In this document: positions 48,513-58,190 of the stretch, in pieces
Numbering within the stretch: the stretch's first letter is position 1
How the letters are laid out: every line of letters starts with the position of its first letter
Source: an uncultured bacterium
Lineage (GTDB): Bacteria; Patescibacteriota; Minisyncoccia; Phycocordibacterales; CAIJYI01
Reading direction: 5' to 3'
Assembly (NCBI GenBank): GCA_903824855.1
Contig: CAIJYI010000041.1
Coordinates: forward strand, 27,159 to 91,158
Length of the DNA stretch: 64,000 nucleotides
The notes under the pieces: generated by a model
Seen by the model: only the letters and a program-made list of their open reading frames with translations
What the model was told of the DNA's origin: nothing
Databases searched by the model: none
Program-made: the position numbers and the translations under genes

Positions 48513-49079
48513 TTATTCCTCAACCTTTTTTATTTCCCCGAATTCGCTTTCCAGCTTCTTAATTTTTTCCTCGATTTCTTTCAGGCGTTTTTCTTCGCTT
48601 TCTTTTTTTGCTCCGGTTTCATTGATTAATAGTTCTTCCTCGCGAAGAGCGCCGACGCAATCAGTGAGAGCAACCAGGAGTTCTCCTCGTTTGATCCAGG
48701 TCACTTCGTCCATCATTTTCTTTTTTTCCGGGCTCATTTCTACACGCAAATCCCATATTTTTTTCTCCATCCATTCAATTTCTGCTTCAATCAACTCTTT
48801 TTCAATTTCCTTTTTTCTCGTTTCAATAAAAGCAAGAAGGGAAGGGTCGATATTTTCATCGGCAAGTTTAGTGAGTTCTTGTTTTTCAGAGTTAAGTTCT
48901 TGTTTTATTCGGTCTTGCGCAACTTGGGCATTTCTCAAATGAGAAGTAAACTGATTTCTCGTTCCTCTCAAATATTCGATACGATTTTTTGTATCGTTCG
49001 CGCGATTTGAAATTTTTTCATTCATCGATATCGTCGGCATTGGTTCTGTCGCCGATTCAAAATGATTTTCATTAAACAT
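48513..49079 (-). CDS. Coiled-coil hypothetical protein
   Basis: E/K-rich heptads, 188 aa. Confidence 0.65.
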   Translation of the reverse strand: MFNENHFESATEPMPTISMNEKISNRANDTKNRIEYLRGTRNQFTSHLRNAQVAQDRIKQELNSEKQELTKLADENIDPSLLAFIETRKKEIEKELIEAEIEWMEKKIWDLRVEMSPEKKKMMDEVTWIKRGELLVALTDCVGALREEELLINETGAKKESEEKRLKEIEEKIKKLESEFGEIKKVEE

Positions 49080-49183
49080 ATCATAAGAATATCACCTTTT
49101 TAAAATAAATAAAACATATATTGACTTTGAATAAAACTTATGTTACAATTTGCTGAGTATAAATTTATTCAATAATTTGTTTT

Positions 49184-49705
49184 TTGAAAAATCAGGGGAA
49201 ATTAATGACTACCCGGGTACTTAAAAGTGGTACTGAAATAGAAATTCGTCCGATACTTCCGGAAGATACGGAACGGCTGGCGGAATTCTATGAAAATTTA
49301 AGCGACAAAACCATCCAATCATTTTATCGATGTTCTATTCCTAAAAAACAGCTTGCGAGAAAGGAAAAAATAGTACAGGAATGCAACCAAAACTCTGAGG
49401 AATATTTCAGAACCGTTGCTTTGTGTAATGATAAAATTATCGCTATAAATATGATCATTCAAATTGACCGTTTCAGTGGTGAATATGAAATCGGTAATCT
49501 TGTTTCAGACGAATTCCAAAATATGGGAGTCGGTTCAGTTCTCATGAAAGAAATGTTTCGTCGTGTTAAAAAAAATCATGCATGTTTGAAATTGATTGCG
49601 CATACTACTTTCAATAATTATCGAGCGAGATTTCATCTTTTGAAATTTGGTTTTAGCTTGGATAACATTATTGATGAAGAATTTGTTTGGGTATGTACGG
49701 TTTAA
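49184..49705 (+). CDS. GNAT acetyltransferase (acetyl-CoA synthetase-associated type)
   Basis: IRPI.PED, F...LS, VSD.FQ..G.G..L, N....L.KFGF. Confidence 0.75.
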   Translation: MKNQGKLMTTRVLKSGTEIEIRPILPEDTERLAEFYENLSDKTIQSFYRCSIPKKQLARKEKIVQECNQNSEEYFRTVALCNDKIIAINMIIQIDRFSGEYEIGNLVSDEFQNMGVGSVLMKEMFRRVKKNHACLKLIAHTTFNNYRARFHLLKFGFSLDNIIDEEFVWVCTV

Positions 49706-49792
49706 TATTCCGAAAAACCAAGCTCTGTGTTTTATCACAGAGCTTTTTTTATATAATTTTCGTATTTTTAATGAATATGATAAAATGGACTG

Positions 49793-50851
49793 ATGGAAAA
49801 TAAACTGCCAAATGTCACTGATCATTCACACGAGCTTTTTGATGAGCAAAATGAGCGGATGTCGGAAAAAATTGAAATTATCACCATCACGGATACCCAT
49901 AATGATTATGAGGCGATTATTCGAAATCTTCGCATTCACGACATCATTGATGAAAACGGCGAGTGGAAAGAAGGTGTGAAAAATATACACGTAATTCATA
50001 CGGGAGATGTCGTAAATAAAAAAAATCCTGATAAAAAAAGTTTGGAATACATTTTTCATCTAAAAGCTACGGCTCCAAAAACGTGTTCCGTTGAAATTCT
50101 CGCAGGCAATCACGAAATGGATTATTTGATGGGAAAAACCGGGCCTGCGGAAGAAGGTTCTGAAAGAAAAATCATTGAAGGAATGTCTTTGCTCAGTTCC
50201 GCCGGCCCCGTACTTTTTTTACATGGCTATCCGACAAGAAAATTGCTTCGATGGATTGAGTCTTACACGATAACCGACGGATATTCAGTCGAGGAAGCGA
50301 TTGCGGAAATAAATAGACAATTTAGTGAGGCATTAGAGGAATCAACGGCAGGGTATAATAATAAATTAAGTCACTTTTTATTCGGTGATACCGAAGAAAA
50401 GAAAAAATCCGGAGCTGAAAAAGAGAATAAAAAATTAAAATTAGAAAATCGAAAAATAATAGAGGACGATGTAGATACTTCAACCGAATTACCTAACGGG
50501 CGAAAACTAAAACCTCTTTTTCGAAAAACATTACCGATTGATTATTATCAAAAACATGGAAAAGAAGTTTCCGAGCTTCTTTCTACTCTCGGTTTTGATG
50601 TCGTCATTCACGGACACGTAAGATCACCGAGGGGGGTTCAGTCTGTCGGTGAATTCAAAGAATTTTTGCCGAATGTCACCTTAATCAGCAATGACGTCGC
50701 TGTTTCCGATTTTAAAAGTACCAAAGTTGGAGAACCGACGGCTGGAAATAAATGGGGTTCAACAAAGATAATCATGGAGAACAATTCCGAGGGAAAAACT
50801 ATAATCAACGAAATGACTTTTGTAAACAAAGACACCGTGGAACAAGTATAA
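49793..50851 (+). CDS. Calcineurin-like metallophosphoesterase
   Basis: DTH, GDVV, GNHE, HG, HGH. Confidence 0.8.
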   Translation: MENKLPNVTDHSHELFDEQNERMSEKIEIITITDTHNDYEAIIRNLRIHDIIDENGEWKEGVKNIHVIHTGDVVNKKNPDKKSLEYIFHLKATAPKTCSVEILAGNHEMDYLMGKTGPAEEGSERKIIEGMSLLSSAGPVLFLHGYPTRKLLRWIESYTITDGYSVEEAIAEINRQFSEALEESTAGYNNKLSHFLFGDTEEKKKSGAEKENKKLKLENRKIIEDDVDTSTELPNGRKLKPLFRKTLPIDYYQKHGKEVSELLSTLGFDVVIHGHVRSPRGVQSVGEFKEFLPNVTLISNDVAVSDFKSTKVGEPTAGNKWGSTKIIMENNSEGKTIINEMTFVNKDTVEQV

Positions 50852-50893
50852 TATAATAAGAACGTAAGTTTTATAATTTAAAAAATAATTTAT

Positions 50894-51229
50894 ATGGGTA
50901 ATTTTGAAGGAATGCCTTCCGTCTCAAAACAAGAAGAATCACAAAAAGAAAAACTCTCAAAATTGGTAAATTCACTTCTTGCGGATTCTCTACTCGTGGT
51001 TGCAGGAAGTTCAAAGGAAGATATTATCGCGGGAGAAAAAGTGCTTGATGAAAAAATGGCAAAAATGAATCGCGAAGATTTGCTCAATCTCACCATGGAA
51101 ATACAACAATATCTGAACGAACCAAACCCTGATTTTGTGGATGAGTCGATGTACAACCGTTTCAGTATCGTGTACGGTGCCGCGTGCATGCAACTCGAAA
51201 AACTCGACGGCAATACAACCTCAGAGTAA
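50894..51229 (+). CDS. Hypothetical protein
   Basis: 111-aa ORF; preferred over the antisense ORF by context. Confidence 0.6.
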   Translation: MGNFEGMPSVSKQEESQKEKLSKLVNSLLADSLLVVAGSSKEDIIAGEKVLDEKMAKMNREDLLNLTMEIQQYLNEPNPDFVDESMYNRFSIVYGAACMQLEKLDGNTTSE

Positions 51230-51245
51230 ATCTATTTAAGAAATT

Positions 51246-51270
51246 CACTTGGCGGTTTCACCGCCAAGTG
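51246..51270 (-). repeat. REP-like palindrome copy 2 (TTC loop on +)
   Basis: cacttggcggt-ttc-accgccaagtg. Confidence 0.95.
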
Positions 51271-51316
51271 ATTTTTAATAATAAAAAAAGCGCACTATTC
51301 GGTGCGCCTTCCTTTG

Positions 51317-51652
51317 TTAATATGCGAAAAGTATATTCCTTATTGCTACGAAAAACCGTACTATGAAAGTGAAAATAATTGTCGTCAATGTCGTAATGAA
51401 TGCGATAATTGATGCAGTTACCAATATTTGCGTAAATGTTAGTAGATGTCCGGGGAGAGTTGAAAACATTCCGGCAAGTAGTAAAATACTAAAACTAACA
51501 AGCGCAATATGAGTACTTCGATGTGATAGATTTCTAATTTTTTCCTGAATTACGAGATTCTTTTTAAGGAACACAATTTCAATGAAAAGAAACAATGAAT
51601 AACTGAATACAAATAATATTAAAAAATTAATCGGTATCAGATTGTATGTCAT
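51317..51652 (-). CDS. Small membrane protein (3 TM)
   Basis: AGGAG RBS before ATG 51652; hydrophobic sequence. Confidence 0.6.
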   Translation of the reverse strand: MTYNLIPINFLILFVFSYSLFLFIEIVFLKKNLVIQEKIRNLSHRSTHIALVSFSILLLAGMFSTLPGHLLTFTQILVTASIIAFITTLTTIIFTFIVRFFVAIRNILFAY

Positions 51653-51734
51653 GATAAATCTCCTTTTTGTGTAAACAAACGTGAAAACAATCTTTCTAAA
51701 TGGTATCACACCTCAGGATTAAGTCAATTTATCC

Positions 51735-53681
51735 TTAGGGCTTTAAGGTTTGGGAAGACGATAGTTTTAATTCCAGATTACCTTTAATAATCAAATCCGA
51801 AGCACTGGTCGCTTTTACTTCTTCTTCATAGAGCGTTTTACAGTCTTCAATGGGAAGGACGGTTTGTTTTGACATTGAAAGACATTCGCCATTCTCAAAC
51901 AATCCTCCATCCGTAAAGTTTTTGTAAGTAAGATTTCCGGTCAGTATCGTTGTTATTGCCTTTGAATAAGCGTTGCGAAGGGTCACTCGGTGAGTTTTTC
52001 CGAGCAAATCTTTTCCAAAAAGAGTGCTGGTTGATGTGATGCCGAGAATGTTTTCCACTGTGGGATAAAAATCAAGGTGACTTCCGGGGGTTGAATAAGT
52101 TTTTGCGGGAAGATTGGTTCCGAGAAGAATAAGAGGGACATTACTTGAACGTGTTTCTTTGAAAGCTTTTGTGGTTGATGTCCCAATTAAATCAGAAATA
52201 CCGTAAAGATTTCCGTGATCGCCGTAGATTGCGATTACGGAATTATTATAGAGACCATTTACTTTTAATCCCGCGATAAATTCGCCGATGGCCATGTCGG
52301 TATAATGTATACTTTGCAAATAATCTTTCTGAATAGCATTAAAAGGAGATTTTTCAGGAATGGAGAGTGTCTGTAAATTGGTCGGAATTTTGAATGGTGT
52401 GTGTGAAGAAAGGGTAATCAGTGTCGCCATGAATGGAGACTGAAATCCCGTCATTTCTTGCAATGACTGAGCAAAAAAATCAGAATCGGGAAGGTATTCG
52501 GTTTTCATCGGAACAGGCAAAACAAAATCAGATTTGCTAAAAGATTTTTCATATCCGAGCGCGGGATAAATATTGGAACGATTCCAGAAGGTCGGTTCAT
52601 CTGCGTGCAGGGAATAGGTTCGGTAACCATTTTCTTTCAGGAGGGAAGGGAGAGCGTGGTATTTGTTGTGCGCAAAATCTATAAACGCGACGGTGTTTGT
52701 TAGTGAGTAGAGAGAATTAAGAATGACAAATTCAGCATCGGCCGTATTTCCGGCGCCAACCTGAGTATAATAATTATTGAAATACAAACCGTGTTTTGCA
52801 AGAATATTTAAATTCGGAGTAATTTCCTGACCATTTATTTTTTGAAAAAGTACGGAATTCTCCAAGGACTCTACTTGAATAATGATGAGATTTTTATTTT
52901 TTGCCGAACCGAAGGTGTTCGTTTTTCCTATTTTTGGTACTGCGTCTTTCCATTCTAAAACAAGTGCGATATCTTCGGGGGTTAATTTTGTACTTCGCAA
53001 CGTCATCCCGATAAAATCAGCGGCAAAATAATTAAAAATTCCGATTCTCTGAACGGTCATGTTTGGAGAATAAACAAAGCTGTTCATCTCACGAATCGTT
53101 TGGGGAAAATGTGTGATTTTATACCAACCGTTTCCGTTGCCGAATAAAATTACACCGTATCCAAAAAGACCTATGATTATGATGCACAATAAATAAAAAA
53201 CGCGTAAGTTTTTCCACTTGGCGGTGAAACCGCCAAGTGGAAGTGTATCGATAATTTTTTCCTTTTTTTGGAGAAAAATTCCTATAAAAAGGACGACGAA
53301 TTGGAGAAGAAAAATGATAAGAGAAAAGGAAACAAGATTGAGTATTGATCCAGCGAGCGAGGTGGTTTGACCGGCATATTTAAGAGCCGAGGCCTGCATA
53401 AATCCGCCGAAGTAGGAAAAATAGAGATATTGAGCAAGAAAAAGCCATGCAACAAAAGAGGAAATAATAAAGAGATACACATAGCGCCACCATTTCGAAA
53501 AAAGTACCGATGGGCCGTAAAAAAGTATCCCGAGAGAGAAAGTTGAGAGAATAAAAAGAAAAAAGAAAGGACTGTCATGAAGCCCGACAAATATATTAAA
53601 AATCTGGTTTTGTGCGACGAATAATATCGCCAGTGAAATCGGCAGAAAAAGAAAAGAATTTTTTGGGAGAAATTTCTTCAT
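51735..53681 (-). CDS. LTA synthase family (LtaS-like) phosphoglycerol transferase/sulfatase
   Basis: About 5 TM helices, IIIQVESL, GNTADAEF (catalytic Thr), FWNR, SSH.PF, YGDH. Confidence 0.9.
   Translation of the reverse strand: MKKFLPKNSFLFLPISLAILFVAQNQIFNIFVGLHDSPFFFLFILSTFSLGILFYGPSVLFSKWWRYVYLFIISSFVAWLFLAQYLYFSYFGGFMQASALKYAGQTTSLAGSILNLVSFSLIIFLLQFVVLFIGIFLQKKEKIIDTLPLGGFTAKWKNLRVFYLLCIIIIGLFGYGVILFGNGNGWYKITHFPQTIREMNSFVYSPNMTVQRIGIFNYFAADFIGMTLRSTKLTPEDIALVLEWKDAVPKIGKTNTFGSAKNKNLIIIQVESLENSVLFQKINGQEITPNLNILAKHGLYFNNYYTQVGAGNTADAEFVILNSLYSLTNTVAFIDFAHNKYHALPSLLKENGYRTYSLHADEPTFWNRSNIYPALGYEKSFSKSDFVLPVPMKTEYLPDSDFFAQSLQEMTGFQSPFMATLITLSSHTPFKIPTNLQTLSIPEKSPFNAIQKDYLQSIHYTDMAIGEFIAGLKVNGLYNNSVIAIYGDHGNLYGISDLIGTSTTKAFKETRSSNVPLILLGTNLPAKTYSTPGSHLDFYPTVENILGITSTSTLFGKDLLGKTHRVTLRNAYSKAITTILTGNLTYKNFTDGGLFENGECLSMSKQTVLPIEDCKTLYEEEVKATSASDLIIKGNLELKLSSSQTLKP
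53215..53239 (+). repeat. REP-like palindrome copy 3, in frame inside the ltaS-like gene
   Basis: cacttggcggt-gaa-accgccaagtg, read on the minus strand as PLGGFTAKW. Confidence 0.95.
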
Positions 53682-53777
53682 GAGTATTTAAGTATATCAA
53701 AAAAAACGGGGAGAGACGATAGCCTTCGTTGTAAAAAAATAAAGCCCCTGAAAAGATCAGGGACTTTGAATGGTATG

Positions 53778-54170
53778 TTACCAAGTACGAAGATGACGGT
53801 TTTTTCTTTCCACTTTATGGTGGACAGAAGCGTGGTCACCACAAGAGAGACATTCTTTTACGTCAAAATAATGCTCGTACTTATTTGGCTCGCTCGCATC
53901 GGCACCGGTTTCAATTACATAAGTAATTCGAATTCTTGATCCGCATTTTTTACATTTTTTGTAATGCGGTATTCCTATCGCTCCAATGAGGAAAAGGCAG
54001 GGAATAAGAAGAAGGCCCGCTACTGTATTTATGGTGGGCAATATCGGGTCAAGCACTAATGCTATTGATCCAAGAGCGACGGAGAGGACATTTAAAAAGA
54101 TCAATAAAAGGTAAAGAGGGACAATTGTGATAATCAGTAATTTGAAAAAGTGTTTTACGGCATTCATCAT
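53778..54170 (-). CDS. Membrane protein with C-terminal CxxC..CxxC zinc ribbon
   Basis: 2 TM helices, CKKCG, CLSCG. Confidence 0.65.
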   Translation of the reverse strand: MMNAVKHFFKLLIITIVPLYLLLIFLNVLSVALGSIALVLDPILPTINTVAGLLLIPCLFLIGAIGIPHYKKCKKCGSRIRITYVIETGADASEPNKYEHYFDVKECLSCGDHASVHHKVERKNRHLRTW

Positions 54171-54327
54171 CTGACTCCTTTGTTTGTTGTGTGAAATCCC
54201 AATTTATATACTAACATAATGGCGTTCATATGTCAACGAATCTTTTTGGGTTGACATCATTAATAGAATGTGATTATATTATGAAAGAAATTGACATTTC
54301 AACATAAAATCAATCTATAAAACGGAG

Positions 54328-55761
54328 GTGCTCGTGGGGGCATTAAAAAAATATTTCAGCGATTTTGCGATTCTAAAAGAAACGCACAAGGCGTATTGGG
54401 GTATTCAAACCATCAATATATTGGACGCGACATACGAGTTCGCTTTCTCTCTTATTATCACCCTTTTCCTGTCTAAAACAATTGGTTTTACGGATCAGGA
54501 GGCCGGCTTTGCGATAATGACCGTCGGTATCATCAGTTCCATCACGTTTCTTTTTATCGGGCCTTTCGTTGATCGGCTCGGTTTAAGAAAGGCACTTTGG
54601 ACTTCACTTCTCGGGATGTTATTCTTTCGAACAATTTTAGTCGGCTGCGCATTTTATCCGGGGATTCCGTATCGCGGTTTGGTAACAATGGCGATGATCT
54701 TTCTCGCCGGTGTTCCCGCGGCGATGCTGGGAACTGTTTATCAAATCGGCAATAGGCGATTTACTTCAAAAAAAGCTCAAGCTGCAGGATTTAATGTTTG
54801 GTATATTGCGATGAATATCGGCGCACTCTTGGCAGGATTGCTCGTCGACTTTTTGCAGGGTGGCCTTATGCTTTCCCGCGAATGGGTTCTCGTTTTTGGT
54901 ATCGGTTCAACTATCATAACGATATTTGTTGCACTCTTTACGGTTACAACAAATGAACAATATCGCGCGAGTGATGAAGAATCATTGCCGGAAAAACCAA
55001 AAGTTGAGAAAACGAAGAAGGGATGGAGAGAAGGTGTTGATTATGCCAAAAGCGTAATTATTGCTCCTTCATTTTTGCGGATGATTTCCGCGCTCACATT
55101 ATTGCTCGGCGTTCGTGTCGCGTTTTTGTACACAAATCTCCTGATGCCCAAATATTGGATTCGCGTCATCGGAGAAAATGCACATATCGGATGGCTGAAT
55201 GCAATCAATCCGACGATTATCATTATTGGTGTATTTCTTCTCGTTCCGATAATCAACAAATATGACACGTACAAAATGCTGGCTTGGGGAGCTCTGCTCG
55301 CTGCGCTATGTTTTGCACCGCTTGCCGTACCGTGGTATTTTGTCAGCAGTAATATTGTCGTCGCTTATTATGTGATGGCCGTCGGTTGCATGATTATTCT
55401 TTCATTCGGCGAAATGATGTGGTCTCCGCGTATGTCGCATTATATTGTTTCCGTTGCTCCTGAGGGGCAAGAAGGAACATACGCTGCATTCTCATCGCTC
55501 CCGTGGTTTGTCGGCAAAACACTTGCCGGCGGATTATCAGGCGTCATGCTCGCGAAATGGTGTCCCGAGTTTATTGTACGAGACGGAATACATGTTCCGA
55601 TACAACAAGCTTTGGTTAATCATTCGCTTTCATATTGGCAAACTCCTGAAGCAATGTGGCTGGTACTTGGTCTTATTGCCGTCATCGGTCCAATCATTAT
55701 GCTCTTTTTGAAAGATTGGTTTACTGTTGGAATGAAAAAAGAAACACAACTCGAGGAATAA
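54328..55761 (+). CDS. MFS transporter (POT/peptide-transporter-like)
   Basis: G..VDRLGLRK motif A, FN.WY..MNIG, INP, GE..WSP. Confidence 0.8.
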   Translation: MLVGALKKYFSDFAILKETHKAYWGIQTINILDATYEFAFSLIITLFLSKTIGFTDQEAGFAIMTVGIISSITFLFIGPFVDRLGLRKALWTSLLGMLFFRTILVGCAFYPGIPYRGLVTMAMIFLAGVPAAMLGTVYQIGNRRFTSKKAQAAGFNVWYIAMNIGALLAGLLVDFLQGGLMLSREWVLVFGIGSTIITIFVALFTVTTNEQYRASDEESLPEKPKVEKTKKGWREGVDYAKSVIIAPSFLRMISALTLLLGVRVAFLYTNLLMPKYWIRVIGENAHIGWLNAINPTIIIIGVFLLVPIINKYDTYKMLAWGALLAALCFAPLAVPWYFVSSNIVVAYYVMAVGCMIILSFGEMMWSPRMSHYIVSVAPEGQEGTYAAFSSLPWFVGKTLAGGLSGVMLAKWCPEFIVRDGIHVPIQQALVNHSLSYWQTPEAMWLVLGLIAVIGPIIMLFLKDWFTVGMKKETQLEE

Positions 55762-55779
55762 AAATTTCGGGTAAAAAAC

Positions 55780-55810
55780 AATGGCGTCACGAGTAACTCG
55801 TGACGCCATT
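55780..55810. terminator. Palindromic bidirectional terminator
   Basis: aatggcgtcacgagt-a-actcgtgacgccatt. Confidence 0.75.
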
Positions 55811-55879
55811 TTTATACTATTTTAATTACATTGTTTTCGTCCATACTTTATAAAATTGATGCCTGCCTGTAGGTAGGAA

Positions 55880-55923
55880 CTTGATGAACCTGATGAACTT
55901 TATAAACTTGATGAACTTATAAA
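55880..55923 (-). repeat. Five-unit TTCATCAAG-family array spanning the peptidase stop codon
   Basis: Minus strand: tttataag ttcatcaag tttataaag ttcatcagg ttcatcaag. Confidence 0.9.
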
Positions 55924-58053
55924 TCCGTATTGTCGCATAAGTGCATCAATACTTGGTTTTCTTCCGAGGAACGCTTCGTTGCTTTCAGAAAACGGTCTTG
56001 ATCCACCGACGGATAATATTTCATCGTTGAATTTTTTTCCGACCGACCAATCGATTTTTCCATTTTTTATAAATTGTGAGAAATCATCAGCCGCCAGAAC
56101 TTCGGCCCAGTGATAACTGTAATATCCTGCGGAATATCCTCCTGCAAAGATGTGACCAAAACTATTCGGATACGTCGACATCCATGGATAGAACGTTGTT
56201 ACCACATTTTTGCGATACACGTTGCTAAACATCTCGTCTGATTGTCCGGATTTACCGGGAACATATTCTAAATGTAAACGGAAATCAAACTCATCAAGAA
56301 CGGTTGCCCGAGAAGCGCTTAATCCTTTTCCGAACATTCTTACTTCACGTGCGGTTTCCAAAAGAGCCAAAGGCATTTTCTCTCCGGTTTTGTAATGGAA
56401 AGCAAAGCTCCCAATCACTTCCGGTTGCCAAACGAAATTTTCCATAAATTGACTTGGCAGTTCTACGCCGTCCCAAGGAACGCCACCACCGCCGGAAATA
56501 TCTCTTGTGTTGATTTTTGTTAACAATTTTTGAGAATTATGTCCGAATTCATGGAAGAGATAGAGAACCTCTTGAAATCCAAGAAGCGGTTCTTCTCCCG
56601 CTGTTGGTGCCTGAAGATTAAGAACGATAAGTCCGACCGGTAATTGAATGGTCCCGTCACTTTTTTGATAGCGATCAACCATAGAATTCGCCCAACCTCC
56701 GCTATTTTTTCCCTCACGCTGAAACAAGTCTAAATAAAATCCGCCGATTAAATTTCCTTCGCTTGAATATACTTCGTAAAATTTAACGCTCTTGTGCCAG
56801 ACAGAAACGCCGGCTCTTTCGCGGATAGTAACTCCGTAAAGTTTATTCACCACAGAAGAAAGTCCTCCCATTACTTTTGATAAAGGGAAATAAGGACGCA
56901 TGGCTTCTTCGGAAAAATTAAATTTCTCCTTTTTTAAGAGCTGTTGATAATACGACACATCCCACGGTTCGACTTTTTTTAAACCGTCCTTTGAAAGTGC
57001 GAAGGCACTGAGTTCTTTGATATCTCTTTCTGCGAACGGACGTGAACGTGATTGCAAGTCGGTAATGAAATTCATTACCTCCGCAGTGCTTTTCGCCATC
57101 CTCGTTTCCAACGCCATTTCGGCGTAGTTATTAAAACCGAGCAGTTTTGCTTCCTTATGACGAAGCTCCAATATTTTTTCTATAACGGGAGCATTATCAA
57201 ATTTTTGTCCTTGGGGGCCGTTTGCTGATGCGACCGAGTAAATTGCGCGATATGCTTCTTCACGAAGGTCCCGGTTTTTTGCATAGCTAATAATCGTTCC
57301 AACTGTGCCGTCTCCAAGAGTAAGAACATATCCGTTTAAGCCGTTTTTTTGCGCGACTTCTTTAGCGGAATTTATTACCGACTGCGGAATACCGTCAAGT
57401 ATTTTCTCATCGGTAATATGTTTTTTCCATGAATTGGAAGAAGCGGTTTCGTTGTCGGAAAATTTTTTCGTGAGGGTCCCTAATTCAATAATTATTTTTG
57501 TGAGATCCTGCCGTTTTTCCGCAGAAAGCAAAATTCCGGACAGACGATAATCACGAAGTGTATTATCAAGAGATGCTATTTGTTCGGGCAGTAAATTATT
57601 TTTTTCCGCGGTATCTCTGACTTCTTTGTATGCGTTGAACATTTTTTCGTTCTGAGCATTGGAGAGTTCGAATTGAGTGATTTTTGTTTGACATCTTTCA
57701 TAGATGGCGTCACTTTTTTCACGGACAGATTCTTCCGGTTTTGAGACCGTCGACAGGTGATTGATTGGATACCAAAGTTGATATAACTCATCAGCCATCT
57801 CATTTTGTGGAAGAACAAAATTTTCCCACGTATAAGGACTGCCTTCGTTTAATCTTTTTTGTAACCATTCGTTTTGTCTCGCGAGTAAGGCGTCAATTTC
57901 CGGTTCAACCGTCAAAATATCTATTTTCTGCCAGTTGTAGAGAATCAGTTCAGTTTTTGGGTGTGAGGGCGTTTGAGAAAAATTTTCAAGCGCCGCGTAT
58001 CCAAGGAAAATCGTGCAGAGGGAAACAACCAGTGCAATAATCGTTCGTTTCAT
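55900..58053 (-). CDS. M3A oligopeptidase A (PrlC/Dcp-like) with N-terminal signal/anchor
   Basis: HEFGH, WDGVELPSQFMEN, F.HIFAGGYSAGYYSY.WAEVL; MKRTIIALVVSL leader. Confidence 0.9.
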   Translation of the reverse strand: MKRTIIALVVSLCTIFLGYAALENFSQTPSHPKTELILYNWQKIDILTVEPEIDALLARQNEWLQKRLNEGSPYTWENFVLPQNEMADELYQLWYPINHLSTVSKPEESVREKSDAIYERCQTKITQFELSNAQNEKMFNAYKEVRDTAEKNNLLPEQIASLDNTLRDYRLSGILLSAEKRQDLTKIIIELGTLTKKFSDNETASSNSWKKHITDEKILDGIPQSVINSAKEVAQKNGLNGYVLTLGDGTVGTIISYAKNRDLREEAYRAIYSVASANGPQGQKFDNAPVIEKILELRHKEAKLLGFNNYAEMALETRMAKSTAEVMNFITDLQSRSRPFAERDIKELSAFALSKDGLKKVEPWDVSYYQQLLKKEKFNFSEEAMRPYFPLSKVMGGLSSVVNKLYGVTIRERAGVSVWHKSVKFYEVYSSEGNLIGGFYLDLFQREGKNSGGWANSMVDRYQKSDGTIQLPVGLIVLNLQAPTAGEEPLLGFQEVLYLFHEFGHNSQKLLTKINTRDISGGGGVPWDGVELPSQFMENFVWQPEVIGSFAFHYKTGEKMPLALLETAREVRMFGKGLSASRATVLDEFDFRLHLEYVPGKSGQSDEMFSNVYRKNVVTTFYPWMSTYPNSFGHIFAGGYSAGYYSYHWAEVLAADDFSQFIKNGKIDWSVGKKFNDEILSVGGSRPFSESNEAFLGRKPSIDALMRQYGFISSSSL

Positions 58054-58190
58054 TTTGACTCCTTTAAAGGTTTTCAAGTAGCTAAATCTGTTCTTATGTA
58101 AACATTATTTATTTATTATGTCAATTGAAATATTCCTGATATACTTTGCGTAATAAAGAGCATATTACTAATTAAAATTGTAAAAAATAT

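Noticed and set aside
55862-55877. cctgcctgtaggtagg, a short imperfect palindrome beside the 9-mer array
   Set aside because: A single degenerate copy in the window; not enough to call a repeat family.
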